Below are positions 24,087 to 37,700 of a DNA stretch of 64,000 nt, in pieces. The translations under genes were made by a program, and so were the position numbers. Every line of letters starts with the position of its first letter. The stretch's first letter is position 1. Below the pieces are notes generated by a model. It was not told the DNA's origin and ran no database searches. It was given only the letters and a program-made list of their open reading frames with translations. The stretch comes from Mytilus trossulus (Eukaryota): contig NC_086378.1 of the NCBI RefSeq assembly GCF_036588685.1, positions 85,126,001-85,190,000 of the forward strand, given 5' to 3'.

Positions 24087-26995
24087 AGAGATGACCAGGA
24101 TAATGACGAACGAACGTACGAAAGCGTAACTTGACGAATCGTACGAAGCGGGGGCGGTAGTTTATACATATTAATGAATTAATCCAACATAAACTCGTCC
24201 AAGTGAAATAAATTGCATGGTTCTGCATGTAGTATAAAGAAATATTATCTGCATGTTTATAAGCTTACTCCAATCATTCATAGATTAATGTTTGCTACAA
24301 TAGAAAAAGGTGCACTCGATATCCAAGACTCTGTTTTAAAATTTGAGGTCCCAAAAGTGTTTTTTGGGGGTATGAAATGGTGAAAGCATAGATATCAAAT
24401 TTTACTATATTGATATAATTTATTTTTAATTTTAAATCTTGTTTTCTTTTCCGACATTTATCTATCTTCGTTGGATTATCCCCCCCCCCCCACAGACAAG
24501 CCAGATAAGGCTGATTACAAGGAACCCTGATCAAATCAAAGAAATAAGTTCCTAAAATTTGTTTTTTTAAATATTTTGCACGTCGTAAAAGGGGATGCTA
24601 TAAAAATAGATATTGAAGTTTATTACTAGTGTGTTGATACTTTTGCTAATCAAAGTGCAGTTGCATCTCTTATGGTTATTATATTTGCCGCTCATTTAAT
24701 TAGCTTATTCATAATAATTGCAAATTTATACGAATACTATTATCCAATTTACCACGCATACGGGTGAGGGTCCAATCTTTGAGTACTAAGGGATATAACC
24801 CTAGAAAAATGGGACCAGATCATCCCACCCACGCACACAGATGGACCTAATTTACATTTCAACTGGCTGAGTATCACATTATGGCATTAAACAAATAAAA
24901 AAAATCAGACAATATAATTAAAACATCCGTTTGAAATGTTGGTTTAGACTTTCTTGAGACAAATACATTTTTTTGGTGTGACATTTGTCCAATTGCTATA
25001 TAATAAGGCTTCATGTGAAAATCGACAATTTAGAACAAAGCTCTTATTTTAATTTATAGTTAACATGTAATTACCGGAAATTAAGTTGTTTTGCACCTAT
25101 TTTTCTACACTAAATCAATGAGTTTATCACTAAACGAAATCTTTCCACATTTCAAACGTCAAAAGTAATGACCTATAGACTTGAAAGGCTTATTATTGGG
25201 AAGAAGCGACATACATTATTTCTCGCCGAAACTCCAAAGCGATAACCAAGTTTACAATTTACGAATGACATACATTTGTACTCCTTGCCTCAACAGCTTT
25301 TTCTGGATTTGAATCGTTTATTGTATTTCCGTTAGTTCTACTATTGGCGTCCAGGATCATAACTAAAATTCTTAAACGAAATTTCCTTCAACGAGGACCA
25401 AAACTGCATTGGCTAGAGGTATAAGGTAGGATTGAGATCTCACAAAACAGGTTTAACATAGCCGCATGTTTGCGCCTATTCCAAGTCTCTGGCCTTTGTT
25501 AGTCGTGTATGTATTCTTTAATTTTAGTTTGTTTATTTGTGTTGGAGTCTAGTATGGCGTCCATTTTCATTGAACTAGTGCATAATTTTATTGAGGGGCC
25601 AGCTGAGGCCCACCTCCGAATGCGGGATTTCTCGCGAAGTTGAAGGCCTTTGGTAGCCTTCGTCTGTTATCTCTTTGGTCAGGTTGTTGTCTTATTGAAG
25701 TATTCCCCATTTCCATTCTGAATATATTTAGAAATATATCTGGCTGATTTTATTTTGTAACAGCGGTCCAGGTTTTTGCCTAATGGTGAAAGGAGAATAT
25801 GTCATGAAATCACAATAAGGCTTGCAATTTCAAGGGACCATTTTGATTTCTTTTTGTATTGTTATTTTGTGATAATTTAACAGAAATACAGCCAATTGCA
25901 TTGATTGTGTAGGTAAAGGTAGAATCTTTGATTAGCTTGCTTGTAAGCTAAACAATGAAGTCAATATTATATAAGGTATACTACCCTCCTTTTATTATGG
26001 GTCAAAGAACGGCCTTCAACACGAAGCCTTAGCTATTATGTATTTTTTTCATAAGCTTGGATGGGTGTCGGGGATGTTCTACCTCACAAAAGCTATTGGT
26101 ATTTTTTTTATACACATTAGTATCTGCATTTATCTTATAAATTTGTTGTGAGGTTCCAATGTCGTCATTTGCATTTGTGATGGACCAAGTAACCCTTGTA
26201 TGAAATCTGATGACCAGTTTAACACTAAAAAGATTGCTCCGTCAGAGGTTGACAAGTATGATAAAAGACTACCATATGAGTTTTAGGGGGAAGAACAGGG
26301 GGGGGGGGGCTAGGTTGAAATTTGAAAAGGCAGGACATGAATGTGGTGAAAAAAAGGCCGGATGACAATTTATGTAATAAAAAAGTCAGGATAAACTAAT
26401 AAAAAAGGCAGGACCGAATAGGGTGAAAAATAAAAAGGACAGAGACAGAGAAAGTGCAGGACAACATTTAACATACTGCCCCCACCCCCTCCTCATTTAA
26501 AAAAAAACATTTTTGAACGGGTTAAAAAATCCGGCATATTTTTTATATATTAACTGATCGATGAGATTACATATAAAACTTGAATACCCAATTAAAAAGA
26601 CAGATAAAAAAACTATCCCACAGCATCACATTTACATATTGTGCATTCATATCTCAGTACGAGTATAGTAAAAGTTGTCGACGCACTCGAATACTCCTGA
26701 GCGTGATGTTTATTTCATCATGCGTCCAACAACTATAAAAAACTACATGTACATGATATCGTAACTTACGTAACACTTTTATACGTCTTTTATCGATAAA
26801 TCATGAAACCATTTAAATTGGTATTTATAATGCATTTCTCTCTATTATCTTGATTGCATCCGAATATAAATCAAACATACAAATCTTTACATAACAACAC
26901 ATTTCGGTTTTAGGTACGTTTGTAAACGTACAATTACCGCTCCTTATACGTTCGTTCGTCGAGATAGATTCGTTCGTCAATTTCTGGTCATCTCT
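24087..26995. mobile_element. Putative non-autonomous TIR DNA transposon (~2.9 kb)
   Basis: Ends AGAGATGACCAG...GACGAACGAA / TTCGTTCGTC...CTGGTCATCTCT are inverted; TSD not clean; no transposase ORF. Confidence 0.5.
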
Positions 26996-27979
26996 ATTAT
27001 AACATTAAGTCCATTTCACAATTTTGTTCAAAGATACAATACCTCTGCAACTACATCGTTAAACAAAACAGTACGTGGACATACATAAATATTCCTGTGC
27101 ATAAACAAACCTGTTTTAAATCAAATTTAGATATAACTGTATGGTAAGCAGTGAACAGAAGAACAATTTCTCTCTCCTTTTTGGGGACATTACTTGGAAA
27201 ACCCAAAGCCTCTCATATCTTGTAATATGATTTTAATATGACTCTTGTTGAAAAACAAATTTTAAATTTGCATTTTGAGGTCATTTCTTTGAACAGGTCC
27301 AACAGTCATAAACCCTTAATGTTCAGATCCACTTCTAACTTTAATTAATTGATAAGCAAAGGAAATATCTTCTTGGTATCAACCGCCCATCATTTGGTTT
27401 CATGATGACTGTTAAATATCTTAATTTTGGATGTCAACTCGGTGAAGATTTCCTTATCGAAACTCGTTGGATTTACCTGGTGGTACTAACTAGGTAAAAC
27501 GTTTACAAAATGGAAACTAAAAAATAAACCCATGTAATCTTGTATGGGTCGTTGTCTTATGAACGTAAATCCCATTATTTTCCACGAGTAGATTATAGAA
27601 CAAGGTTGAGGTCGATTTACAATGAACAAATAACCTTTTACTGTGATGGGTGTTCATTTTCATAAACGTTTGTTCCTGACTAGATCAACATCATTTCAAA
27701 CGTTTTAAACTGAAGTATATCAGTTAAATGGCACATTAAATAACCATTTTAGCACAGAAAGGGTGGATGACGGTTGAACGTCCAGTGGCAAAATAACAAT
27801 TCAATTAATAAGATATCATTTTTTAATGTTACAGTATAGAAACATGCTTAAACAAATCACACAAGTCCGACAAGAAATCAAGTATCTAGAAACTCAAACC
27901 AGTTAATATAAGGAATAAAAGTCAGAGTCGAGTGAAAGATCATTGTATAAGGAATGCTAGCAATGGAGGATTGTAATCA

Positions 27980-30900
27980 CTACGAATAGTAACAGTAGTC
28001 TACTTTGGTTGTGTCAGATTTACTTGGATGAGTTCCATCATCACTGCTGTTGTTCTGGTTATCCTCGTCATCCATCTTCACAGATTCTTGTTGGACGGTC
28101 ATTCCACGTACACGCTGGCATGTCGATGTATACTTGTACAGATAGAAAGGATCACTTGTTGGGAGGTTAATGCTACTGTATGTTGATCCATCAGACCTAC
28201 GGTAAATAATGTATCGTTTTGAATCATGTATTATAAATAAATTTTAAATATGCCTGAGCATAACATAAAATGCTCGTCTTTCGTTTTAACAAAAGTTTCC
28301 AGTAATGCAAAATCGTGATTAATACATACAGCTGACAGTCTCGTACTTTTATTATTAATCAGGTAATTGAAGAGTTGGTGATTTAATGTCACATACTTTG
28401 CTGAAATTTGTACACAACTATTTATATTTTGTGTTAATACAACAAATAAGTATAACAATTGGTGATAATAAAACTTACTGTGAAAGAAACTTTAAAATCT
28501 CTTTTTCAGGTGATCTCTAATTTTTCCAAAAGAATCATCAATCACTATTGAAACACTTATAATTGTTATTGCAACTTTAATGGTATATTGCAAATTTGAC
28601 ATTGAAATGGCAATACTTCAACTTGTCAACTATGCAAAGCATTTAAAGTCAATAGACCATGTTTTTGGTGTCGGAGTCATATCATTCATACTAAAATATC
28701 ATGTACAAATGTTAATACACCTGCATAACAATTGTTATTCATCTACCTCTTTTATTTGCGTAATAAATAGTATTTGATTTTAAAAAAGGGAAGTGTTTTA
28801 AATATGAATTCATCTTGACTGATGGACTCTGGCAGAATAATATCCACGGAAACGAGATGTACAATGTTTATACAACTACATTACAATATCATTGACTTTA
28901 TACTATTGGGTTCTCGAAAAACTCACCTTATCCAAATGTTATACTATATCGAGACACGTCCTACTTTTTATAAATTTCCGAAGTGTTTTGAACACTGAAC
29001 AGAAAATAACCTTTTGAATAATGACATACCTGCAACAGTACTGTATTTGAGTGTTTCTGCCGTATTCCCCATCTGGGAGTACACCCCATTTTGAGTTGGC
29101 ATTTGCGTTGTCCTCGTCGTCCCAGTAGATTGATCCATTAGAAAATCCTATCAAGAGATATTCATTTCAAACGGTTATGATTGACTGAAGGATATTACAC
29201 CGAAATGTTTACAATCAATTCATTTTGTCTTCAAAGGGATACGGTTGAATAATTTATTATTTGCTTTAACGCTTGTCCAATCATAGTCTGAAAAAAGTAC
29301 AATTGAACTAACCATTCCAAACTATAGAATAGTTGCAAACTTTTTTCAAACAATTCTTTAATGGATATTCATATCAGTACACTAAGGCATTACACATTTA
29401 GATTCAAAAGAGGGTTATTGTGTTTCTTAAATACATGATTTGATCTCCAATTATTAAATTTATTGAGAAAAAATGTAATGCGGTCAAGCAGATGACAAAA
29501 TAATGTTATGATTCCTGAATTTTTATCACTTAGCGTATATAACTTTCATAAATGAAAAATACAGATCTTATTTTAGTACTTACTGTCTCTGTGGTTGATA
29601 CCTTATTGTGACAACCTCACCAAATGCCAATTATTGTATTTAATTATAAATCTAGACGAGTATTTTAGAGAATCGTCTTTTGGTATATATATTTAAAGGT
29701 CCCATCGACCGTTTAATTAAAATCCAGAGCAGGAAATTACCTTTGTTATATTATAGTTCGTGTCTGTGTGTGTTGTATTTTGGTGTTGTGTTTCTGTTGT
29801 GTCGTTGTTCACCTCTTATATTTGACGTTTTCCCTTCCGTTTTAGTTTGTAACCCGAATTTGTTTTTTTTCTCAATCAATTTATTATTTTAAACAGCGGT
29901 ATACTTCTGTTGCCTTTATCTATGTAGCTGACTGTTGGTCAATTTTTAAATTAATCCATATAAAAATTTACACTATGAATGTTTATTAATAAAAAATACT
30001 ATACCTGAAGGACACGAACCACCATATCTCGCAATACAATAATTTCCACTTGGCCAGGAACCTGATCCGCTATAAGTCGTTTTTGTACAGTAACACATTC
30101 TTGTGTTTCTACCAAAAAAACCTAGAAATATAGAAAGGAAAATGAAGGCTGTTTTATCTCCCGAAATTTTGACTACATATGCAAATGTACAATCGACTTG
30201 ATATTTATATTTCTTTTCAATTAGGGAATTACTAGTAATGTGGTTACTTAATGATTCTTATATACCTATATGGAGTTATTTTCTTTCAGAACGTCAGGTC
30301 ATTTTTTTTCAGAATCGACCCGGACGATACCATGTTTCAATGGTATATGCTCCAAGGCATAAAATAATGACCTGTGTAAGGTCATTATCTTCCTTGATAA
30401 ACATGCAATCTATGATTTACTTCAAAATTTTATTCGTCTAATTTTTTTTTGTTGCCGATTTTGAAATTTATTTTCTAAAGTTCAACCGATGATAGATGTA
30501 CAAGAAACCGTCATTGTAGACCCGCAATTTAATTTTAGAAACAAATAACGTGAAGTTTTGTTGATAATAAAGAAACATTATCATATAGGTCAGATGAATT
30601 TTAATGTAGACTTTCATAAAATAAATCCAGATTTGAAATATTCGTGTGTAAGATTTTGAAAATCTTATTGAGTCAAACTGAAAAGGTTGATTGCTTACCG
30701 TCCAGTGGCGAATATTTCATGCATGTTCAGAACGATACACACTGAATAGGAAATCATACTGTGACCTTCATGTATTTATATTCGTCTTCGTGTCAGTTCG
30801 TAACTTTTTCAAATTTATGTATACCTTTTACTCTATCAAATGATCAGCTAATAAAATAATTTTATATTCTATTGAATAACATTAACGTAACCCACGAAAG

Positions 30901-32731
30901 GATCGGGTGCGGAGGGTATATAACTTTATCCTGATTATCTTTTAATAAAATGTATTGCTATTCGAAAGACAATCTTTCTGAATTTTTCATTCGATTCAAG
31001 TAAAATGGTCAAATAAATAAAAACTTTTCCGCGATAGAAATAACATAACAAAACGAAAAAAAAAACATATCCCTCCCCCTTTTCATTAAGCTAAATGATA
31101 TAATAAATAACTTACAATGTGTCTTGTATTTGTCATACACCGTTATCGGATGGTAACAATACATTTGTGTCTTAGTTGTGTTGTCGGTAAAAAAGTATAC
31201 TAAATTTTACAAATCTTTATAAAATTAATATTTTTTTTTGACGGTATATAAGTCAGATAATGCATATTTTAAGTTTTTTTTTGTCGTAGAACACACCTCG
31301 GAGTGTTCTCCGACAAGAAAAATCTTAAAATATGCATTATCTATAACAGATATACCTCTTGTCTGTTCTAATTATTTAATGTTTTTTGTATTGGCGTTTG
31401 TATTTTGTATGGTTTTCATCCATTGAATAATTTCAAGAGGGGAAAATACCTTTGTGCGTGAATCACGTGGACAGGAATTGTTCGCAAAATTATAGAACTC
31501 GTAGGAAAAGGAATCCGAATCAAGTTTTGGTCGAAAATATATATGCTATACTTATACACGCACGTTAGAGTGACCTACATTTGCAAGACCGCAATTATGC
31601 TGGTAACTAATTTATAACTGCTCATAATAGTTTCATGTATAGATAGATATACTCATGACTAACATGACGAAACACTTTGTTTCCAAAAAGATATGCGTGA
31701 GTATAAAGTAGTATGCAATAGTTGCATGAAATACTGATGCACATATTACATTATTACATATAGAAATTTTTGACCATAGGCTATCTTGATATCTTCGGTT
31801 TATTGTATTGTTTGTTTGCTTCAGGAAAGCGCTATAGACGCATGACATTATCAAGCGTTTTTTTTTTTTAATTTTTCTATCACTTTCACATATGTTCCGA
31901 ACGTTTTTGTATTCATTGCAGCTACTTTATGTTTATTAGATCATATAATAACCAATGAAGTAGACTTACCATAGAAATGATGGTCCGGATCTGATGGGGT
32001 AACAGAGTTGATATTATGTGTATCTTCATTGTCCTGGTACCTGCATCCATCTGACCATCCATGTGGGCATCCTGATTTTGATTTCGGAAGCGAGTATCTT
32101 CCACTTGGCCAACCAACTAAAACAAAGATAGACTGATATCCATTGTTCGTAAATATTTCTTCTTATATGTAACATTGGTTCTCACAGAATTATTGTCTGA
32201 TGTGAATTTGATAATATCTAATTATCTAAAAAACTTTATTTCTAAAAATATGAAAAATGGCATTTTCTAATTGGTAGATTCTGAATTTCAACTAAACAAT
32301 GTGAAAAAGATAGCTGAGACAATCTCGTTTTACATAGATTCTCAATATGTGTCTCGTAAAATTTCACCAAAGATATCATGCATCATTCTTATTTGTGTAA
32401 TATCCATTTGATTTAAGTTTTAAATTAGATGAGATGTGAGTAAATGTACACGAAACAATTTCATAGAATATACGTTGTCAGAAAAAAACCAAAAATTGAA
32501 ATGCAACTTAGATGACCATTTCTTTCTGTGGACATTTGAAAGATACCAAGCTGATGTTTTTTTTTGTATCATCAAAATTGCACCAATCAAACGGTTATTT
32601 AAAGTTAAGATGGGCTATGCATATGTTAGATCAAATGGCATATAAAAAAGACCTTAACATTGAAAATTTTTACAAAACTTACTTGCATTAGCAGATGCAA
32701 TCATCAAGAATAGAATAAACATGTTCAACAT
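27980..32731 (-). CDS. ApeC copy 3 (divergent, acidic type B): secreted single-ApeC-domain protein, 5 coding exons, 215 aa
   Basis: Exons 32683-32731 (MLNMFILFLMIASANA), 31970-32116, 30005-30121, 29030-29147, 27980-28196; GT-AG borders, 648-nt open frame; probable 5' UTR exon donor near 33019-33020. Confidence 0.92.
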
Positions 32732-33558
32732 ATTGAAATGTTCTTGACTTGAATCAAAGAATCTGTAAATATTAAATGTAGAACACATAAGATGTGTTAT
32801 TTACATTGTAATTATTCTTATTTAACAGTGTCGTCTTTGTTGAATACAGTTCAGAAAACGTTATTGTAATAATCATTTTGTGAGTCATAATGTTGATGCT
32901 TTTAACTATTAATGAATTTTAATTGTTAAAGATTAGTAAAAAATATGAAAAAGAAATATTCACAACTCTTCATAATTAATACAAACGCAACAGTCTCATT
33001 GAAATATTAAGATACATACCTCAAGTGACCTGATCTTCAACAATTGACAGATTGATTTTACTTGAGAAAAAGTGCAACTAAATAGTACGTTTTGACCAAT
33101 AAAAAATCAAAGGAAATTAAACCTGCTGCGTCAATCTATGATGAAATAATAAAACATTTGTTGATTGTTTATGACCTTGCGTGTATTACGCAGAGAAACA
33201 AAAATAAAATAATACCATACTATATCGAAGAAAGCACTTGTAAACACCCTTGGTTTTTTTCGATGTTCTTGCGTCTGAGACTTTGTGTTTTGTTTACTAT
33301 TGTCTTTTTGTCTTCCGTTTAATGCCATTGCGTCGTCCGGTTATCTTAGACTGATATTTTGGTATCTGTCACCTCTTTTTGGAAACATAATCGTAGAGTA
33401 TATTCGTTTTAGTAATATTTACATTATTCTAATGTATGCTGGTAATTCCATCTCTAGTGAAAAACAATATACATATTTTGATGAGTAAAATCACTTGAAT
33501 CACCTGCATTTTACAGCATTTGAAAATGATAAGAAATTAATTTATCAACAGCAATTAA

Positions 33559-33940
33559 GGGAGCTGGCTTGTCATGTTTAGGATTGTTTGTCAGATTTTC
33601 GGAATCCTCTGTTTTATCCATTTAAATGCCTTGAAAAAATTTGCCCGGTGACCCCCACTTTTCTTTTCGCAATTCTTTTTCATGTATAATGATAAGCCAT
33701 ATGTAAAAGTCTTATAAAATTTTAATTACTTTTTAACAGTTTTTGATAACTTTAACTTGTCAATGATAAAGCTACGAAAAGTCAATATTTTCCTGCCATA
33801 ATTTCAATGGCTCATATCTCAGAAACAAGCACGGTGACCTATATATTTGTTTTGCTTTTTGGATTCCTTTATTAATTCCTTATCAATTTAAACTAGTGTT
33901 TTGAAAAGTTAATTACTTTGAAACTGAGAAGCGAGCTCCC
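33559..33940. mobile_element. TTAA-flanked MITE (Kolobok/piggyBac-like)
   Basis: TTAA|GGGAGCTGGCTT ... AAGCGAGCTCCC|TTAA. Confidence 0.75.
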
Positions 33941-35564
33941 TTAACAAAACAAATAATAGAAAAAAAAATTGATATTAAATTCTTATATAAATACAACAAC
34001 TGATTATCGGCATATTTGCTATGATATAAGAAACATGCAGATATGAATCTTACAATTAATTTAAACAACGAAAAACATAGAATTATCACATGGTCAAACA
34101 TTGACAGGTTTGCGGATATTTTGTCAAGTCTGATACATGAAGTTAAAGTTTTTGAATAAAGTTTATGACCCCTCATTAGACCCAAAATATAGCAGTTTTA
34201 CAAAATTGTTAAAATTTAAACTTACAATAAAAGTTACACATTTCTGGTACTAGCATCATTAGATCATGTTAAAGGCAAAGGTTGTGGATTTTTCTATACA
34301 ATTTCTATATGTTTAGCATTGAAACAACAACGGGGGAACATACCCACAAGAGAATGTAAACAAACTAAACATAGCCTCACCTCTGGTGCAAACATATTTC
34401 AACAAATGATTGAATTATTTTATATTCATCGATATTTGAGGCGAATTTTCTTTTTTCAATGACGGAAATCATAGACATAGAAAATATTAAATACAAAATT
34501 CCCATATTCATTATACATTTTTCGAAAAATATTAAAATCAAACATGACTTCAATCTCATTTTTTAATACGAACAATATCATTTGATCACAAGGTCATAAC
34601 GTATTGCTTATACAGATTTCTATCATCCTGTAATAAACACTACACAGAAAAAATGTCGTTCTAATATGCGCTATTTTATCATATAGCCTTGAACATTTTG
34701 ATACGAACGAACATCATGAAAGCTGAACGCGTATTTTATGTAGAAATTGCTTTTTGGCCATGTTTTTTTCTACATTGGCTAGAGGTATAGGGGAAGGGTT
34801 GAGATCTCACAAACGTGTTTAACCCCGCCGCATGTTTGCGCCTGTCTAAAGTCAGGAGCCCTTGTTAGTCTTGTATCATTTTAATTTTAGTTTCTTGTGT
34901 ACAATTTTGAAATTTGTATGGCGTTCATTACCACTTAACTAGTATATATTTGTTGAGAGGCCAGCTGAAGGACGCCTCAGGGTGCGGGAATTTCTCGCTC
35001 CATTGAAGACTCGTTGATGACCTTCTGCTGTTGTTTTTTTCTATGGTCGGGTTGTTGTCTCTTTGACATATTCCCTATTTTCATTCTCAATTTTTTTATA
35101 TAGATAAGATCGTTATTTTTCCCGTTTGAACGGTTTTACACTAGTTATTTTAAGGGCCTTTTATAGATTGCTACTTGGTGTGAGTCTATGCTCCATGTTG
35201 AAGAGTGTACCTAGACCTACAATGGTTTACTTATAAAATTGTGACTTGAATGGAGAGTCGTCTCCTTGGCAGTCATACCACTTCTGCCTATATATCTATT
35301 TTATCCATAAAATTGTTTTAGTATATACTATCGAGTATGACCCAATTATATAATGATTAGGGAGACAACACACCATCAACAGACGCCGCTTACATAATGT
35401 AGTGTTACAAAGTATTGAACGGAACGGATATGATCTTTGCGCAGGAGATTGCCTTCTTGACAGCTGAAGTGTTCAAGTTTTTTATTTTGCCATTTGAAAA
35501 AGGGTTTACCGTTTTTTTTTTGCGGTTTTACTTTTCACCTTTCATTGTAAATTTAATGAACATA

Positions 35565-35945
35565 ATGTTCACAGAGGTGATTCAGAAGACAGTGACAAAG
35601 AAGTCTAGGTTGTTCACAGTGGCAATACATATGACAGTTAGTGACAAAGAAGTCCAGGTTTTTAACAGTAGCAGTTCATAAGACAGTTAGTGATAAAAAA
35701 GTCTAGGTTGTGAACAGTAGGAAATCTTAGACAGTTAGTGATTAAGACGTCTAGGTTGTTTAAAGTGGAAATGCATAAGACAGCTAGTGATTTAAAAGAA
35801 GTTTATGTTGTTCACAGTGGCAATTCATCAAAAGGTCAGCGATTAAGAAGCCTATGTTATGTACAGTGGCAATACATAAGACAGTTAGTGAATAAAAAGT
35901 CTAGGGTTTTCACAATGGCAATTCACAAGACAGTAAATGATAAGA
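35565..35945. repeat. Shorter paralogous array of the same 51-bp minisatellite (~7 copies)
   Basis: Same unit, followed by the same unique flank as 3050-4750, so it belongs to a duplicated block downstream of copy 4. Confidence 0.85.
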
Positions 35946-37700
35946 AATCTCATTAAACACCAAATATCACTGTTTTTATGCGTGAAGTTTAGGATACAAT
36001 ATGCTAGGAGATAATTTCACGAAGGGCCTTTGTATACCGAAACAAATATGTTATTAAAGATATTTGTACAAAAAAAGAAGGGTTAGATAAATTGTGTTGA
36101 AGAGTAAGTTATGCGTATACAAACTTGGAATATGTTGAAAGTTTCTAACTCTTAATATCCGAACAACACTTATAAGTTCTGTATTAAGACAAAACACGTG
36201 TCTGGATTTGAAAAAAAAAATCAATCATGGTATCTATGATGAGTTTATAATTGTGAAAAAAATTGTGACATTTGTTTTTATAATCATTATGGTTCACCAC
36301 TATATTTAGGTGGCCTAACTGTGAAACACGTCGCACATTTGTTTAACATTTCCGCTATATTTACATCCTGAAATGTTTTAATGTTTTTTTTTAAATGCAT
36401 CCAATAAGAGTTGTGTTTTTAAAAAATGACTGTTTGTATGTGCATTTGCTATCTCTTGTCATATACAATAAAGATAAATTAGAGGATGTAAATGTGGAAT
36501 GTGTCAAAGAAACAACAACCCGACCTTATAATTAAAAAAAAACAATTAAGACCACCATTGGGTCTTCAACACAGGAAAAACAATCCGTACACGGAGGCCT
36601 ACTTTAGCTAGCCCCTTAACATACATATGAACTAGTTCAGTGATAAAGTAAGCCATACTAAACTCAAAAACATATAAATGAACCAAACAATATAACAAAG
36701 GTCACATGCTACTGACTAGGGACAGGCGCAAATACGAGCAGTCCGTGTAAAAGTTTGACAGCCACTTTTTTTATAAATAAGATTAAAAGTTTTTTTTTAT
36801 AATAGCAATACTCAAACGGTTTCCAATAAACAGTGCATTTCTGGTTTAATCCAATATTTGAAACTACATGATGGTTATCATTTTAATTAAACCAATTCAA
36901 CAATATGGGTTAATAGATATAGGAAGATGTGGTGTGAGTGCCAATGAGACAACTCTCCATCCAAATAACAATTTAAAAATTAAACCATTATAGGTTAAAG
37001 TACGGCCTTCAACACGGAGCCTTGGCTCACACCGAACAACAAGCTATAAAGGGCCCCAAAATTACTAGTGTAAAACCATTCAAACGGGAAAACCAACGGT
37101 CTAATCTATATAAACAAAACGAGAAACGAGAAACATGAAACATTACTGGTCCTCTACATACAAAAACTGCACGATAAGACTTTTCAAAAGCAAAACCTGA
37201 TCAAAAGCTGCTTTGTGTTCTAAACAGAAACAGTAATTTATTTGTTAGATGGTTCACTTATCTATTGAAGGAACAGATTTCTGTTTCCGTTAAACCTAAA
37301 AGTGATTTCAGAATCACATAAACACGTTTAAGAGCGAATCGTGTATAACCGTCATTAGGAAAAGAGCTTTATAATCATCTTCCAATTTATGTGAACTATA
37401 TTCAGAAAAAAACAAGATGTTCCTACTGTCAATATTTTTTTCCATGAACTGATGTTCCTTTAAACTAGATGTTCCTCCTGACAATTTTTTCGTGAACTAA
37501 TGTTCCTCAAAAGTTGATTTGTCTCCTTAGAACCTTCTTTTCATAAACTGATGTTCCTCAAAACGAAATGTTCCTCCTTCTAAAAAAACGAGACAGCCAA
37601 TGGACGATTCATTGACTGCATATTTTGTAGAAATAAATTTAATTGTAGCAAGGAATGTGTCAAGCCCATTGGTATTTTGAAGGAACAAAGCTTTTCGAAT

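Noticed and set aside
5319-32731. Full apextrin (MACPF + ApeC) genes
   Set aside because: The signal exon splices directly to ApeC (or to CBM14); no MACPF-like exons were seen.
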